DNA of 64,000 nucleotides. Source: Mobula hypostoma. Its lineage: Eukaryota. Below the pieces are notes generated by a model, which was not told where the DNA came from, did not search any database, and saw only the letters and a list, made by a program, of their open reading frames with translations. Of the stretch, positions 62,365 to 64,000 are shown in pieces (position 1 is the first letter of the stretch; each line of letters starts with the position of its first letter). The position numbers and the translations under genes are program-made. Location: NCBI RefSeq assembly GCF_963921235.1, contig NC_086108.1:106270001-106334000 (forward strand), given 5' to 3'.

Positions 62365-63910
62365 AGAAGACATAAGAGCAGAATTAGGCCACTGGCTTCA
62401 TTGAGTCAATTCCGCCGTTACAGCATGGCTGACTTATAGCGGATATTGGACCACTGGAAAATGATGCTGGAGAGATAGCTCTCAAATGATGCACTCAACT
62501 CCATTCTCTTGCCTTCTCTCCATAACCAAGAACCTCTGCTTTAAATATGCTCAATTACTTGACTCCTCAGATGTCTGTGGCAAATAAATTCCACTGATTC
62601 ACTACCTGCTGGATAAAGAAATTGCGTATTGTCCCTGTTCAAAATAGAGATCCCTCTATTCTGAGGCTGTGCCCTCTGGTCTTTCTTCCCCACTGTAGGA
62701 AAAATCCTCTCTACTTCCACTCTATATAGGCCTTTCAATATTTAAAAGGTTTTAATGAGATCCACCCCCCTTCATCCTCCTAAACTCTAGCATGTACAGG
62801 CCCAGAGTCAACAAATGCTCCTCAGATGTTAACCCTTTCATTCCAGGAATAATTCTCTGGAACTCCCCTGGACCCTTTCCAATGTCACCACATCTTTTCT
62901 TAGATATGGGACCCAAAACTGCTCACAGTGCTGTATGACCAATACTTTATAAAGTTCCAGTGTTACACTCTTGCTTTTATATTCTTGTCCTCTTGAAATG
63001 AATGCTAACATTGCATTTGCCTTCCAACCTGCAAATTAACCTTTAGGAAATCCTGCATAAAGACTCCCAAATCCCTTTGCATTCCTGATTTTTTGAATTT
63101 TCTTCCCATTTAGAAAATAGTCTATGCTTTCATCCCTTCAACCAAAGTGCATGACAATACACCTCCCTACAGTATATACATCTGCTACTTCTTAGCCCAT
63201 TCTCCTAATCTGTTTTATGTCCTTCTGCAGACTTCCTACTTCCTCAACACTACCTGCTCCTCCACCTATCTTTGTATCATCTGCAAACTTGGCCACAAAA
63301 CCATGAACTCTATCATCCAAATCACTGGCATATAACCTGAACTGAAGCTGTCCCAACACATATCCATGAGGAATATCACGTCACCAGCAGCCAACCAAAA
63401 TAGTTCCCTTTATCCCTACCTTCAGACCTCTCAGCTTCCCAAGCACCTTCTCCATAGTAAAAGCAACTACACTCACTCTGCCTCCTGCCACTCTTGAATT
63501 TCTAGCATACTGCTAGTGTCCTCCACTGTGATGACTGATGTGAAATAGTTACTAGCTTCATCTTCCACTTCTTTAGTCCCCGTTACTATCTCTCCAGCAT
63601 CATTTTCCAGTGGTCCAATATCCACTATTGCCTCTCTTTTACTCTTTATTTATTTGGGGGGAAAAAAAGTTCTGGTATCCTCTTTGGTACATTTGGTTAG
63701 CTAATGTTCATATTTTATCTTTTTTTGTCCTGGTTTCCTGGGTTGTCTTTTATTGGATTTTCAAAATTTCCCAATCCTCTAACTTTCTATTGATTTTTTG
63801 TTATATTATATGCCCTCTCTTTATATTCCTGTTGTCCTTGATTTCTCATCGTTCACAGATGCTTCATCGTTCCTTTAAATATTTCTTTATCTTTCGGATG
63901 TATTTGGGAT
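62365..63910 (-). mobile_element. Degenerate, deleted CR1
   Basis: Reverse CR1 RT, C-terminal and 3'UTR patches. Confidence 0.72.
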
Positions 63911-64000
63911 GTTGGGATGACTATTGATTTCGGAACGAGGAAACCAGAGGTCCATAAGTCTATCCTCATTGGGGAATCAGAGTGGAGAAGGTCAGCAACT

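Noticed and set aside
1..64000. Host protein-coding gene or prokaryote-style system (operon, CRISPR array, defence locus)
   Set aside because: All recognisable ORFs are transposon-derived; no regularly spaced repeat-spacer array and no recognisable cellular protein

Overview
Eukaryotic, transposon-saturated intergenic or intronic DNA. The repeat mix suggests a cartilaginous fish, probably a ray (inference): CR1 with SGNH-esterase ORF1, Rex1/Babar, Penelope-like GIY-YIG elements, Hero-type RLE non-LTR elements, fish-type L1, V-SINEs, a Deu-domain SINE relic, Tc1/Harbinger/hAT derivatives and one Gypsy LTR element. I recognise no host protein-coding exon; every recognisable ORF is transposon-derived and broken or truncated. 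Main signals: (1) a ~119-nt 3'UTR structure in three Hero copies from two divergent families carries all hammerhead-ribozyme core elements in a non-circularly permuted order, with compensatory pairing between families; (2) minimal type I hammerheads in many Penelope pseudo-LTRs, whose insertions repeatedly show ~13-bp target-site duplications (TSDs); (3) a templated insertion or gene-conversion tract copied from 50.3-51.2 kb into a CR1 at ~29.6-30.5 kb; (4) a Gypsy element with no tRNA primer-binding site (PBS) but LTR/PBS self-complementarity, suggesting self-priming; (5) two 5'-inverted (twin-primed) L1 insertions. Family names come from motif recognition, not database searches, and boundaries of old copies are approximate.
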